Source of the DNA: Alphaproteobacteria bacterium
GTDB lineage: Bacteria; Pseudomonadota; Alphaproteobacteria; Rs-D84
Assembly: GCA_017463185.1 (NCBI GenBank)
Contig: JAFTPS010000013.1
Span: 3,826-67,825, forward strand
DNA: 64,000 nucleotides
Direction: 5' to 3'
This document shows, piece by piece, positions 1 to 9,265 of the stretch (position 1 is the first letter of the stretch; each line of letters starts with the position of its first letter). The position numbers and the translations under genes were made by a program. The notes under the pieces are model-generated. The model did not search any database. It was not told the origin of the DNA and saw only the letters and a program-made list of their open reading frames with translations.

Positions 1-1385
1 GACGCACAACCGCAGAATATAATAAAAATGTTGGTGCGTATAACAGTCAACAAGGGAATATATTGATAAAAACTGCCCCACAGGGTGTAAATGTAAATAA
101 TAATAATCCGGGTGTTGATGGTCAACGTGGACACTATGCACGGTGGGATGCGACAACGGCAACTTGTTACATTCGTGTTGCGGCTTATAACAAAGATAAG
201 CATATTACCAACAGTTGGTTGTTCGGCGCGCTGGGGGATGATAAGCCGGCCGAGGTATGGAAAGCTGCGGGTGATACGTTCAGCTGTAATAAAGATTTGT
301 TTGGATTTTCCCTGATGAATGATACCAGCACAGTTGCCGTTGTTGGGGTTGGTGGTGGAACACTGGTTGGTGCGGGGGTTGGTGCTATTGCAGGACATGG
401 AAAGCGTGATTTTGATTGTACGCGTGAAAGTCATTTGAAAGAACTGACCGAACAATTGCGCGCCACGGGCAAGATTGGAACATTGAACCAATATTTGGAT
501 ATATCCGACCGCGTGTCCACAACCGGCGGCCAGATTACGGTGTCCCAGTGCGAAGCGATTTTGGATTTGTATAACACATATGATGAATATGCGGTTGCGG
601 TTGAAGCGTGCCAGGATGTAGAGGTTTATAGGGAAGAAGTGTCTTTGGAAATCAGCTTGGGTTGTGAAAATTATACAAATATAGACGAAGACTGTTTTGC
701 AGAACACGAAGTGTCAAAAGCCTGTGTCGGACACAACTTTAAATCGGCGCAAGAATGTCTGGATTTCCTGGCAAAAGAATTTATGGCCGGTGCAGGTGTG
801 TCGGGCGAATGCACGTTTAAGCCGTTTAATCTGGATAAATTAGAGGGTACTGGAATTTATTGCAGTGCCAGTGCCAGTACCGGTTGCCGTTTGCCAGGCG
901 AGATTCGCAAAGAACTGACCCCGTTGGATGGAATCTTTGAAAGCCTGACTATATTAAAAGGTGAAAAATCCAATATGGCAAAAAGTATTGGAATTGGCGC
1001 CGCGGTTGGTGCGGGAACGGGTGGCTTGGCCACGGCGATAACCGCGTTTGTTGAACGCAATAATATCAACTGTCGCGTTGGTGATGGTTTGGAACAGGTT
1101 GGTTTTGGTAAATCACATTCAATCGGTTCATTAAAAGATTTCTATGTAAAATGGAACTTGCGTCTGCCGGATACGGTGGCACCAACGGCGACGATTACCG
1201 ATTGTGCATCGTGGAAAAATACATGTGCGACATTTACTGATTTGGGGCAGTGTACCGCCGCGCAATTTAACTATAAACCAGTTGATGCGCCAACGGTCAC
1301 ATTGGTTCGTTCCGCTTGTGCGGTTTCGGGCAGTGCCTGTGTTGAAAATTATCCTGTTGCTAAGTCGTATGGCGCGTGTGAATAA
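1..1385 (+). CDS. Cys-rich secreted/envelope protein with two glycine-zipper segments, 5' end cut by window edge
   Basis: Frame starting at nt 3 is open from the window edge to the TAA at 1383-1385; the track start at 63 is an internal TTG. Many Cys. Gly/Ala zippers VAVVGVGGGTLVGAGVGAIAGHG and IGIGAAVGAGTGGLATAITAF. A terminator follows. Confidence 0.6.
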   Translation, partial: RTTAEYNKNVGAYNSQQGNILIKTAPQGVNVNNNNPGVDGQRGHYARWDATTATCYIRVAAYNKDKHITNSWLFGALGDDKPAEVWKAAGDTFSCNKDLFGFSLMNDTSTVAVVGVGGGTLVGAGVGAIAGHGKRDFDCTRESHLKELTEQLRATGKIGTLNQYLDISDRVSTTGGQITVSQCEAILDLYNTYDEYAVAVEACQDVEVYREEVSLEISLGCENYTNIDEDCFAEHEVSKACVGHNFKSAQECLDFLAKEFMAGAGVSGECTFKPFNLDKLEGTGIYCSASASTGCRLPGEIRKELTPLDGIFESLTILKGEKSNMAKSIGIGAAVGAGTGGLATAITAFVERNNINCRVGDGLEQVGFGKSHSIGSLKDFYVKWNLRLPDTVAPTATITDCASWKNTCATFTDLGQCTAAQFNYKPVDAPTVTLVRSACAVSGSACVENYPVAKSYGACE

Positions 1386-1386
1386 A

Positions 1387-1411
1387 AAATCCCCGAAAGG
1401 GGATTTTTTTG
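1387..1411. terminator. Rho-independent terminator, bidirectional
   Basis: aaaaaATCCCCgaaaGGGGATttttttt lies between convergent genes, with A-run and T-run flanks. Confidence 0.8.
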
Positions 1412-1462
1412 TGATAAGTATCTTGGATAAATTTTTTGCTAATTTTTGTTTTCTTGCGCTAA

Positions 1463-2038
1463 TTAAAATAAGCTTATTAAACCAATTCCTAAAATTGCTG
1501 CAATAATTGCACCAATGGTCAATGGCCAAAAGTATTTTTTTACAATTGCGTTTGCGCGTTCTTGGAAAAAATATAACAGTGCGGCGATAATCGCAAAGCG
1601 ACCTGTGCGGAATATTGCAGATACAGCTAAAAATAACCACAGTGGATAACCGATAAAGCCTAACCATATTGCCAGCAGTTTGTATGGAATTGGGGTGACC
1701 GCGGTCAGGACGATTATCATTATGCCGTATTTGCTGAACATTGGTTTGATTGTAGATTCTATCAATTCTGGGTTAGAGAATGTTTCAATCAGCCAGATTC
1801 CGACCGAATCGTACAGCCACATACCAATCATATATGCAATCGCACCACCGACAATGGACCCCAGGGCCGCCGCAATGGTGATTGGAATGGCGCGTTTCTT
1901 GTTCGCAATAATGGGTGGGGTCATAAATACTTCTGGTGGGATAAAAAGGAATATAGATTCGCATATGGTTAAAAAGAAAACCAACCACGAATATCCGCGT
2001 GATTCTGATTTTTGTAAAATAAATTCTGAAAATTTCAT
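1463..2038 (-). CDS. DedA/YqaA (VTT-domain) family membrane protein
   Basis: 191 aa and polytopic. N-terminal LVFFLTICESIFLFIPPEV and the G-rich AAALGSIVGGAIAY resemble the YqaA/DedA family. Confidence 0.65.
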   Translation of the reverse strand: MKFSEFILQKSESRGYSWLVFFLTICESIFLFIPPEVFMTPPIIANKKRAIPITIAAALGSIVGGAIAYMIGMWLYDSVGIWLIETFSNPELIESTIKPMFSKYGIMIIVLTAVTPIPYKLLAIWLGFIGYPLWLFLAVSAIFRTGRFAIIAALLYFFQERANAIVKKYFWPLTIGAIIAAILGIGLISLF

Positions 2039-2132
2039 TCCCTAATCCCTTTGCTTGAACAAAAATTTACTTGATTGTAATTTAATATTTACTAATTTAC
2101 AATAATAATAAAGCAAGACAGAGGCAAAAATA

Positions 2133-2495
2133 ATGGCAAAACGTCAATTTAATTCCAATCGTGGGGAACGTGTTGCGGCCAAGGTGCAAACCCTGGTGGC
2201 CGAGATTCTGCGTGATAATTATGGAGATGACCCGGTTTGTGCGGGTGTGTCGCTGGTGGGGGCGGTGGCGCACGGCGGATTACAATTTGTGCGTTTGTTT
2301 TATTATACGCGCAACACAGATATTGCAACGGTGCAGGCACGTTTGGACGAAATTACGCGCAGTGTGCGCTTTGAATTGGCGGCGCGTATGGACCAGAAAT
2401 ATGTCCCAGATATTAAATTTGCATATGATGATACGCTGGAACGTGCGGCACGTATTGACCAATTGCTGAATAATTTGGATGTGGGTAATGATTAG
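2133..2495 (+). CDS. rbfA: Ribosome-binding factor A
   Basis: 120 aa. RVAAKVQTLVAEILRD...VRFELAARM...YVPDIKFAYDDTLERAARIDQLL is the RbfA pattern. Confidence 0.8.
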   Translation: MAKRQFNSNRGERVAAKVQTLVAEILRDNYGDDPVCAGVSLVGAVAHGGLQFVRLFYYTRNTDIATVQARLDEITRSVRFELAARMDQKYVPDIKFAYDDTLERAARIDQLLNNLDVGND

Positions 2496-2901
2496 ACGGG
2501 TATTTAAGTTAGAGCGTGGATTGCTCTGGGATTGTTATTATATTGTGAATACTTTTATGGACGCTGGGTCCGGCGGGGAATGGGTGACATTAAAATATTT
2601 GGTGGATTCTGGGCAATCTGTTATGTTTGTTGATGAACGGGCAAATGGATTTGTAAATGGCTTTTTAATTGGAAATGTAAAATCAGACTGTGCTACGGTT
2701 GATAATTTATTTGTGGATAAAAAGGCGCACAGGGGCGGTATTGGGTCCGCTTTGCTGAAAGCTTATGAGGATTATTGTATTGGTGTTGGGGCGCGGCAAA
2801 TAAAACTAAAATCGCGACCAACCAAGCAGGCGTTGGAATTTTATCAAAAGCACGGATATGTTAAATTAAACTGGGAATACCAAATGCAGAAAAGTTTATA
2901 A
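2479..2901 (+). CDS. GNAT family N-acetyltransferase
   Basis: VDKKAHRGGIGSALLKAYEDYC...ALEFYQKHGY is an acetyl-CoA binding motif A. Overlaps the rbfA stop; an alternative start at 2488 is possible. Confidence 0.7.
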   Translation: MWVMIRRVFKLERGLLWDCYYIVNTFMDAGSGGEWVTLKYLVDSGQSVMFVDERANGFVNGFLIGNVKSDCATVDNLFVDKKAHRGGIGSALLKAYEDYCIGVGARQIKLKSRPTKQALEFYQKHGYVKLNWEYQMQKSL

Positions 2902-2958
2902 AATTTCACCTTGCGAATGCATGAATACTGGTATATCATTGCCGCATAAGGAAACTGA

Positions 2959-2981
2959 GTGGTTAGTGTAAGTGGTTAGTG
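2959..2981. repeat. Left inverted repeat of the four-helix-bundle gene cassette (GTGGTTAGTG-type)
   Basis: gtggttagtgtaagtggttagtg matches the reverse complement of 3339-3361 at 22 of 23 positions. Confidence 0.85.
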
Positions 2982-2997
2982 GCTAGTGGTGGAATAC

Positions 2998-3363
2998 ATG
3001 AAATCAGTCAAGGATTTAAAAGTTTATCAATGTGGATTTAAATTGACGATTGATGTATATAGGGTTACGGCTTGCTTTCCACCGAATGAACAATTTGGGT
3101 TAGTTTCACAGATGCGTAGGGCCGCTGTGTCTGTATGTTCTAATTTAGCAGAAGGGGCGGCGCGTGGAACAACGAAAGAGTATTTGCATTTTGTGTATGT
3201 AGCAAAAGGCTCGGCTGCGGAACTGGAAGCACAAATAGATTTAGCGACTGCATTAGGGTTTGTTGAAAAGGCCAAAGCAGGACAAATACATAAAGATATA
3301 ACGGAAGTTTTAAGAATGTTATCAGGATTGATTCATTCACTAACCACTAACACTAACCACTAA
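2998..3363 (+). CDS. Four-helix-bundle protein (23S rRNA intervening-sequence protein family)
   Basis: LKVYQ..F.L...VY.....[23 protein letters not shown]...GTTKEYLHF....GSAAELEAQ is the family signature. ATG at 2998 (the track start at 2986 is GTG). Confidence 0.8.
   Translation: MKSVKDLKVYQCGFKLTIDVYRVTACFPPNEQFGLVSQMRRAAVSVCSNLAEGAARGTTKEYLHFVYVAKGSAAELEAQIDLATALGFVEKAKAGQIHKDITEVLRMLSGLIHSLTTNTNH
3339..3361. repeat. Right inverted repeat of the four-helix-bundle gene cassette
   Basis: cactaaccactaacactaaccac. It encodes the protein C-terminus (LTTNTNH) and pairs with 2959-2981. Confidence 0.85.
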
Positions 3364-3377
3364 CAACTGGTAATAAC

Positions 3378-5171
3378 ATGAAGCAATCTAATATCCGGAA
3401 TTTTTCAATTGTTGCACATATTGACCATGGCAAGTCCACTTTGTCGGACCGTTTAATTGAATTTACGGGCGGTCTGCAATCGCGCGAGATGAAGGCCCAA
3501 GTCTTGGATTCTATGGATATTGAACGTGAACGCGGTATCACGATTAAAGCGCAGACGGTGCGCCTGAATTACAAGGCAAAAAATGGCGAGGTTTATCAAC
3601 TGAATCTGATGGATACGCCGGGGCACGTAGACTTTTCGTATGAGGTGTCACGGTCGTTGGCCGCGTGCGAGGGGGCTTTGGTGTTGGTTGATGCAACCCA
3701 GGGGGTGCAGGCACAGACGTTGGCGAATGCGTATCTGGCGTTGGATAATGATTTGGAAATGTTACCTGTGTTGAACAAGATTGACTTGCCGTCCAGTGAT
3801 GTTGCCGCCACACGTGAACAGATTGCTGATGTTATCGGTCTGGATGCGAACGAGGCGTTAGCCGTATCGGGCAAAACCGGTGATGGTGTACCAGAATTAT
3901 TGGAAGAGATTGTAAATAAATTGCCCGCGCCGCATGGTGATGAAAATGCACCGACACGTGCGCTGTTGGTGGATTCGTGGTATGATTCATATCTGGGGGT
4001 TGTTATTCTGGTACGTGTGGTTGACGGTAATTTATCGCGCGGTCAGAAAATTAAATTTATGGCAACCGGGGCAGAATATGTTGTTGATAAAATTGGCTAT
4101 TTTACACCCAAAATGGTAAATGTTGATGCGTTACATACCGGGGAAATAGGTTTTATTATCACGGGAATGAAAACAATTCACGATTGCAAGGTTGGCGATA
4201 CAATCTGCGATTCGCGGGCGGAAAATATGAAAATGTTGCCCGGTTTTAAGCCGTCTGTGCCGGTGGTGTTTTCGTCATTCTTTCCGGTAGAGGCGGATGA
4301 TTATCCAACGTTCCGTGAAAGTGCGGAAAAGTTAGCTTTGAATGATGCTTCGTTTATGTTTACTGTTGAAAAATCATCTGCGTTGGGGTTTGGTTTGCGA
4401 TGTGGATTTTTGGGATTGTTGCACATGGAAATTATCAGTGAAAGATTGGCGCGTGAATTTAATCTGAATCTGATAAATACCGTGCCCAGCGTGCTGTACA
4501 AGATTCATTTGCGCGATGGCAGTGTCATAGATTTGGAAAATCCCGCTGATATGCCGGACCCAACACGAATCGCATCTATTGAAGAACCGTGGGTGCGTGC
4601 AACGATTATGATGCCCGATAAATATATGGGCGGAATTATGTCGCTGTGCTCGGAACGACGCGGAATCCAGGAAAATATTTCATATGTTGGTAATCGTGCG
4701 GTATTGGTATATCAGTTGCCGTTGGCGGAAATTGTGTTTGATTTTTATGACAGAGTAAAGTCTATTTCGTCAGGCTATGCGTCGTTTGATTATGTTGTAT
4801 TCGGATATCAACCATCCGATTTAGTAAAGGTTTCTATTCTGGTGAACGAGGAAAATGTTGAGCCTTTGTCATTTATGTGTCATCGGTCTTTTGCGGAAAA
4901 GCGTGGGCGTCAGATTGTTGAAAAATTAAAAGATTTAATTCCGCGTCATCAATTCAAAATTCCGTTGCAGGCAGCTATTGGTGGCAAGATTATTGCAAGA
5001 GAGACTATTGCTGCATATCGCAAAGATGTGACGGCAAAATGTTATGGGGGGGATATAACCCGTAAACGTAAATTGTTGGAAAAACAGAAAGAGGGTAAAA
5101 AGCGTATGCGTACCTTTGGTAATGTGGAAATTCCGCAATCGGCGTTTATCAATGCATTAAAGGTATCTTAA
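3378..5171 (+). CDS. lepA: Translation elongation factor 4 (LepA)
   Basis: 597 aa. [34 protein letters not shown] and the LepA-specific C-terminal region. Confidence 0.97.
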   Translation: MKQSNIRNFSIVAHIDHGKSTLSDRLIEFTGGLQSREMKAQVLDSMDIERERGITIKAQTVRLNYKAKNGEVYQLNLMDTPGHVDFSYEVSRSLAACEGALVLVDATQGVQAQTLANAYLALDNDLEMLPVLNKIDLPSSDVAATREQIADVIGLDANEALAVSGKTGDGVPELLEEIVNKLPAPHGDENAPTRALLVDSWYDSYLGVVILVRVVDGNLSRGQKIKFMATGAEYVVDKIGYFTPKMVNVDALHTGEIGFIITGMKTIHDCKVGDTICDSRAENMKMLPGFKPSVPVVFSSFFPVEADDYPTFRESAEKLALNDASFMFTVEKSSALGFGLRCGFLGLLHMEIISERLAREFNLNLINTVPSVLYKIHLRDGSVIDLENPADMPDPTRIASIEEPWVRATIMMPDKYMGGIMSLCSERRGIQENISYVGNRAVLVYQLPLAEIVFDFYDRVKSISSGYASFDYVVFGYQPSDLVKVSILVNEENVEPLSFMCHRSFAEKRGRQIVEKLKDLIPRHQFKIPLQAAIGGKIIARETIAAYRKDVTAKCYGGDITRKRKLLEKQKEGKKRMRTFGNVEIPQSAFINALKVS

Positions 5172-5182
5172 AAGGATTTATT

Positions 5183-5593
5183 ATGAAATGGTTTGATTAT
5201 TTGAAAAAAACACCTGTGGTACAAATTGTTGCAGATTGGCAGGAATACAGAAAATTAAAACAAGAAACTAATGCAGCACGGGATGATGCGGATTCTGCAT
5301 ATTTGTCTTTGAGACGATTTTATCCCATTGAAGCAAATATAAACAGTGGTAATGCGTGTGTAAAATGCAAACGAATTATTGATGACTTTGATGTTCTGAA
5401 TCAATCGCCGTGCAATTATTTTGTTGTATATTGTCCACATTTTGCGCCTCGGGACCAGGAAAAGAAATGTTCAAATAATTTGTGTGTGGGGTATCGGGCT
5501 AACAATCGTTATTATGATGCCAGGGTTCGGTATGATGCGTTAAAGGCAAAGTCTGATGCGTTTTGGAATAAAAAATTTGCAAATGTAAAATAA
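5183..5593 (+). CDS. Hypothetical protein with CxxC and scattered Cys
   Basis: 136 aa, good RBS (aaaagga), CVKCKR...C..(8)C...C....C. No family recognised. Confidence 0.5.
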   Translation: MKWFDYLKKTPVVQIVADWQEYRKLKQETNAARDDADSAYLSLRRFYPIEANINSGNACVKCKRIIDDFDVLNQSPCNYFVVYCPHFAPRDQEKKCSNNLCVGYRANNRYYDARVRYDALKAKSDAFWNKKFANVK

Positions 5594-5612
5594 AAATACA
5601 AAGGGGGCCGAA

Positions 5613-6620
5613 ATGGCGCACCAGTTTTATTTTAATCCGTATATCTTGGATAACTTGCCTGCGCCAAGTTCGGGGTTTGATGTTGTTCAGGATATGTCTG
5701 AGCCGCGGTTGCGTATGTATATTACCAGTCGTGGGGTTAAAACTTTCTTTGTGCGCAAACGTGTTCATGGCAAAGATAAGCGCATTTTAATTGGCAACTA
5801 TCCTGATATGGATATAGAGGATGCGCGCAGTGCGGTTCCCACACTGTTGCAGGATGCGATGAAAAAGCCACCCGTGCGTCGTAAAAAAATTACATTTAAA
5901 AAATTTCTGGATTTATATTTAACGAATCGGGTTCGCCGGGGCGAGGATTCTCATACCAAACTGGTGCGGGCAATCAATCGTCATTTGTCTGATTTGTTTG
6001 AAAAAAATATTTGTGAAATATCAGCAACTGATATTCAAAATGTGATTTCACAAATTGGTGGGCCAGCCATTGCAGCGCGTATGCAGGAATTATTGCAGAG
6101 TATTTTTAACTATGCGATAGAAACTGGGTATGTGAAAAAAAATCCAACCGCCAATATTCAAAAGGTTCCACAAAATCGCCGTGTGCGTCCATTAAATCGT
6201 GCGGGCTTGCATCGCTTGATTGCAGCCATAGACCAATATCCAGACCAGACATTGCGGGCGGCATTCTTTATGTTGATTTATGGTTTTGTGCCGCGCTCAA
6301 AAGTTTTTTCTATGGCGTGGGAAGATTTAGATTTTAATCACGATATGTGGTTGGGGCGACCTTTGTCGGACCGTGCCATTGTTTTGTTGCAGGATTTACC
6401 CCAGGATGGACATTGGGTTTTCCCGGGACGGGGCGGTATGCATTTGATGGACCCGCGTACAGCCTGGCGACGCGTTGCGGTGGCGGCTGGGATTCCGGGA
6501 TTGACAATGGATGATGTGTATAAATTCCTGATGCGTCAGTTGGTTTGGGCGTCCGACCGCGAGGATTTTCGTGCAAATATAAATTCATTGTTGGATGATA
6601 TATTTTCCCAAAACATATAA
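5613..6620 (+). CDS. Tyrosine-recombinase (phage integrase)-like protein, catalytic motifs degenerate
   Basis: The N-terminus (LRMYITSRGVKTFFVRKRVHGKDKRILIGNYPDMDIEDARS) looks like a P4-type integrase arm-binding domain. The C-terminal domain keeps box I (YGFVPRSKVFSMAWEDLDF) but has LTMDDVYKFL where HxLR is expected, and no terminal Tyr motif. Confidence 0.6.
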   Translation: MAHQFYFNPYILDNLPAPSSGFDVVQDMSEPRLRMYITSRGVKTFFVRKRVHGKDKRILIGNYPDMDIEDARSAVPTLLQDAMKKPPVRRKKITFKKFLDLYLTNRVRRGEDSHTKLVRAINRHLSDLFEKNICEISATDIQNVISQIGGPAIAARMQELLQSIFNYAIETGYVKKNPTANIQKVPQNRRVRPLNRAGLHRLIAAIDQYPDQTLRAAFFMLIYGFVPRSKVFSMAWEDLDFNHDMWLGRPLSDRAIVLLQDLPQDGHWVFPGRGGMHLMDPRTAWRRVAVAAGIPGLTMDDVYKFLMRQLVWASDREDFRANINSLLDDIFSQNI

Positions 6621-6752
6621 TTTACGCTTTGTCAAGCGTTTGTTATCGTTTGTTATAATTCCTTGACACGGTACCTATAAAATGATAGTTTATTAGATAA
6701 TGACGGTCATGGTATGGACCAGAAAGTTTAACATAAACAAAGGAAAAGAAAT

Positions 6753-6986
6753 ATGACAACTTTTGAAAAAGTAAAAAAAATCGTAGCTGAAAAACTGGGT
6801 GTGCCAGAAGAAAAAGTTACAGAAGAAGCAACATTCGTAAATGATTTGGGTGCTGATTCTTTGGATGTTGTTGAATTTGTTATGGAAGTTGAAAAAGAAT
6901 TTGACATCACAATCCCAGACGATGCAGCTGCGAAACTGGAAAAAGTTGGTGATGCAGTTAAATATATTGAAGAACACAAAAAATAA
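6753..6986 (+). CDS. acpP: Acyl carrier protein
   Basis: 77 aa. [26 protein letters not shown] contains the phosphopantetheine Ser motif. Confidence 0.96.
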   Translation: MTTFEKVKKIVAEKLGVPEEKVTEEATFVNDLGADSLDVVEFVMEVEKEFDITIPDDAAAKLEKVGDAVKYIEEHKK

Positions 6987-7013
6987 TATTTGTTTCAGTA
7001 TATAAAAAACTTT

Positions 7014-7047
7014 ATCCGTCGGTGCAATTGTGCCGGCGGATTTTTTT
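7014..7047 (+). terminator. Rho-independent terminator or attenuator after acpP
   Basis: GC-rich hairpin tccgtcggtgcaattgtgccggcgga followed by T7. Confidence 0.6.
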
Positions 7048-7117
7048 ACTGCAATTTAATTATAAAAAGTTTATTATATGCCCGTATGTTAGTTAAAATA
7101 CATAAGGAAAGAATATA

Positions 7118-8368
7118 ATGAAAAGAGTTGTTATTACCGGAATGGGTATTGTTTCCCCCGTGGGGACCGGAATTGAATATGCATGGAAAAATATTTTGGC
7201 GGGTAAATCAGGGGTTCGCAAAATAGATACTTTTGATGTGTCTGACCTGGCGTCGCAAATCGCTGGTATTCCACAGCAGGGGACAGACGAAGGGATGTAT
7301 AATCCAGATGCAGTGGTTGATGCGCGTGAACAGCGCAAGTTAGATAAATATGCAGTCTATGGTATGGTTGCGGCAGATGAAGCAATCAAAGATGCGGGAT
7401 TGGATAAATATGATGGCGATATGACACGCGTTGGGGTGTCTATTGGCAGTGGTATTGGTGGTTTTAATACAATTTATGATAACTGTATTGAATTGCATAC
7501 TGGTGGTCCGCGTCGCGTTAGTCCGTTCTTTATTCCAAAGGGCATTATCAATATGGCGGCGGGCAATATTTCAATAAAGTATGGTTTAAGGGGGCCAAAT
7601 ATTTCTGTGGTGACGGCGTGTGCGACCGGTGCGCATTCTATTGGCGAAGCCGCACGTATGATTAAATATGGTGACGCAGATATTATGGTATGTGGTGGCA
7701 CCGAAGGTGCGGTCAGTCGTATTGCATTGGCGGGATTTTCCGCGATGAAAGCATTAAGTACGCGTAATGATGAACCTGAAAAGGCTTCACGTCCGTGGGA
7801 CAAAAATCGTGACGGTTTTATTATGGCCGAAGGTGCCGGTGTATTGGTTCTGGAAGAATATGAACATGCGGTTGCGCGTGGCGCAAAAATCTATGCCGAA
7901 GTTGCAGGGTACGGTATGTCCGGGGATGCGTATCACATTACTGCGCCCGCCCCAAATGGCGAGGGTGGCGCACGTGCAATGGCGGCCGCATTAAAGGATG
8001 CTGGCTTAAATCCGTCAGATGTTGATTATATAAATGCGCACGGCACATCAACGGGACTGGGTGATGTTGGTGAATTGGCCGCGGTTCAGGGATTGTTTGG
8101 TGATGTGCCGGTTTCTATGTCGTCAACAAAATCTATGACAGGGCATTTGTTGGGGGCGGCCGGTGCGGTAGAGGCTATTTTCTGTGCGCTGGCAATTCGT
8201 GATGGTATTGTTCCGCCGACAATCAACCTGGACGAACCAGAAGATGTCGTTGGCAACTTTGACCTGGTGCCGCATGTTGCAAAATCACGCAAGGTTGATG
8301 TTGCGTTGAGTAACAGTTTTGGCTTTGGTGGAACAAATGCATCTATTGTGTTGAAAAAATTAAAATAA
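7118..8368 (+). CDS. fabF: 3-oxoacyl-ACP synthase II
   Basis: 416 aa. VVTACATGAHSIG (active-site Cys), NAHGTSTGLGD, GHLLGAAG, SNSFGFGGTNASIV. Confidence 0.96.
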   Translation: MKRVVITGMGIVSPVGTGIEYAWKNILAGKSGVRKIDTFDVSDLASQIAGIPQQGTDEGMYNPDAVVDAREQRKLDKYAVYGMVAADEAIKDAGLDKYDGDMTRVGVSIGSGIGGFNTIYDNCIELHTGGPRRVSPFFIPKGIINMAAGNISIKYGLRGPNISVVTACATGAHSIGEAARMIKYGDADIMVCGGTEGAVSRIALAGFSAMKALSTRNDEPEKASRPWDKNRDGFIMAEGAGVLVLEEYEHAVARGAKIYAEVAGYGMSGDAYHITAPAPNGEGGARAMAAALKDAGLNPSDVDYINAHGTSTGLGDVGELAAVQGLFGDVPVSMSSTKSMTGHLLGAAGAVEAIFCALAIRDGIVPPTINLDEPEDVVGNFDLVPHVAKSRKVDVALSNSFGFGGTNASIVLKKLK

Positions 8369-8391
8369 GAATAATCGTTTTTTAATTTTTT

Positions 8392-8418
8392 ATCCCCCAG
8401 AAATTTTGGGGGATTTTT
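8392..8418. terminator. Bidirectional rho-independent terminator
   Basis: ATCCCCCagaaattttGGGGGAT with T-run, between convergent fabF and 8420-8875. Confidence 0.8.
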
Positions 8419-8419
8419 A

Positions 8420-8875
8420 TTATTTCTGATTTTCTTTCAGTCTGTAAATTATATTGAATAATTGTGCGGAATTGTCGGTCGTTTGAATTTTGCCAGTAAT
8501 ACGTTTTTCTGCCATATCTAGTGTCTTAAAGAATTTAGGTGAACGCACGCGTGTAATAAAGCGTTTCAAATCGCATTGTGTTTTATCCAATGCGCTGCCG
8601 ACTTCGTGTTTTGTTCTTTCGTCCAATAAACTGTGTTGCGGATTTAGTGATGTGCCGCGTTGCAGGCTAATATGACCCTTATATTTCATTTTTGGATATG
8701 TTCCAATTTTATATGGTGCTTTACAGGTTGCGCTGATAATCAGGCAATATGGGTAATCGGCCAGACCGCGTTTTGTAAATGTGTAAAGAATATCGTCGTT
8801 GCTGATATATGCGTCGGCTTGTGTGTCTTTGTCCATGATAAATGCGATTGCGATATCATAAATTTCGTTTTTCAT
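8420..8875 (-). CDS. Hypothetical protein
   Basis: 151 aa, RBS aagagg upstream of the ATG. No recognisable motif. Confidence 0.5.
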   Translation of the reverse strand: MKNEIYDIAIAFIMDKDTQADAYISNDDILYTFTKRGLADYPYCLIISATCKAPYKIGTYPKMKYKGHISLQRGTSLNPQHSLLDERTKHEVGSALDKTQCDLKRFITRVRSPKFFKTLDMAEKRITGKIQTTDNSAQLFNIIYRLKENQK

Positions 8876-8925
8876 TTTTTAACCTCTTATTTGTTATTCC
8901 TGTGATAGGTATAGCACAAAAAACA

Positions 8926-8953
8926 TTGTTTGTCAATAGGTAGGTTTTATAAT
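8926..8953 (+). promoter_or_regulatory. Sigma70-like promoter (TTGTTT-16-TATAAT)
   Basis: ttgttt at 8926-8931, tataat at 8948-8953. Positioned to start the GC-rich structured RNA. Confidence 0.4.
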
Positions 8954-8959
8954 TTATTT

Positions 8960-9250
8960 TTCCTTGTTTTTATGGGGCGGGTTTGGTAGAATTTTCTGTG
9001 AAACCATCAGGGATTGTGGTTTCGGGGCCTTAGAAAGCCTACTTTGCGCCGACACGGTGTTTGTGTCGTTCCCTACGCATAGTATGGGGCGCATTGTGCG
9101 CCATTTATTATGCACTAATCACCCGGACCTTTGTGTCGGGGTGCCGCCGGTGTATGCAACAGGGCGCATGCGCCCAAAGACCGGCGGGAACATGCAAAGT
9201 GTTTTTCTAACACCCCGACCGTCAATTCCATTGGCGGTTTTGTTTTTTAT
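8960..9250 (+). ncRNA. Candidate structured RNA (sRNA, or riboswitch-like leader of the VirB2-like gene)
   Basis: GC-rich island in AT-rich spacer. Hairpins at 9000-9023, 9050-9068, 9088-9102. Nested helices 9135-9143/9211-9219, 9144-9151/9180-9187 and 9162-9175. Intrinsic terminator 9218-9248 just before the RBS at 9255. Confidence 0.35.
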
Positions 9251-9265
9251 ACAAAGGGGTGAAAT

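Noticed and set aside
5613-6620. Active phage integrase marking a mobile element
   Set aside because: The catalytic HxxR and Tyr motifs are not recognisable, and the flanks are housekeeping genes with no tRNA and no repeats.
8960-9250. tmRNA, RNase P RNA, 6S RNA or a known riboswitch class
   Set aside because: The 5' GGGGCGG has no complementary 3' acceptor strand, T-arm or tag ORF. I saw no GGAAAGUCCGG or other RNase P conserved regions, and no B12 box, TPP, FMN or c-di-GMP signatures.
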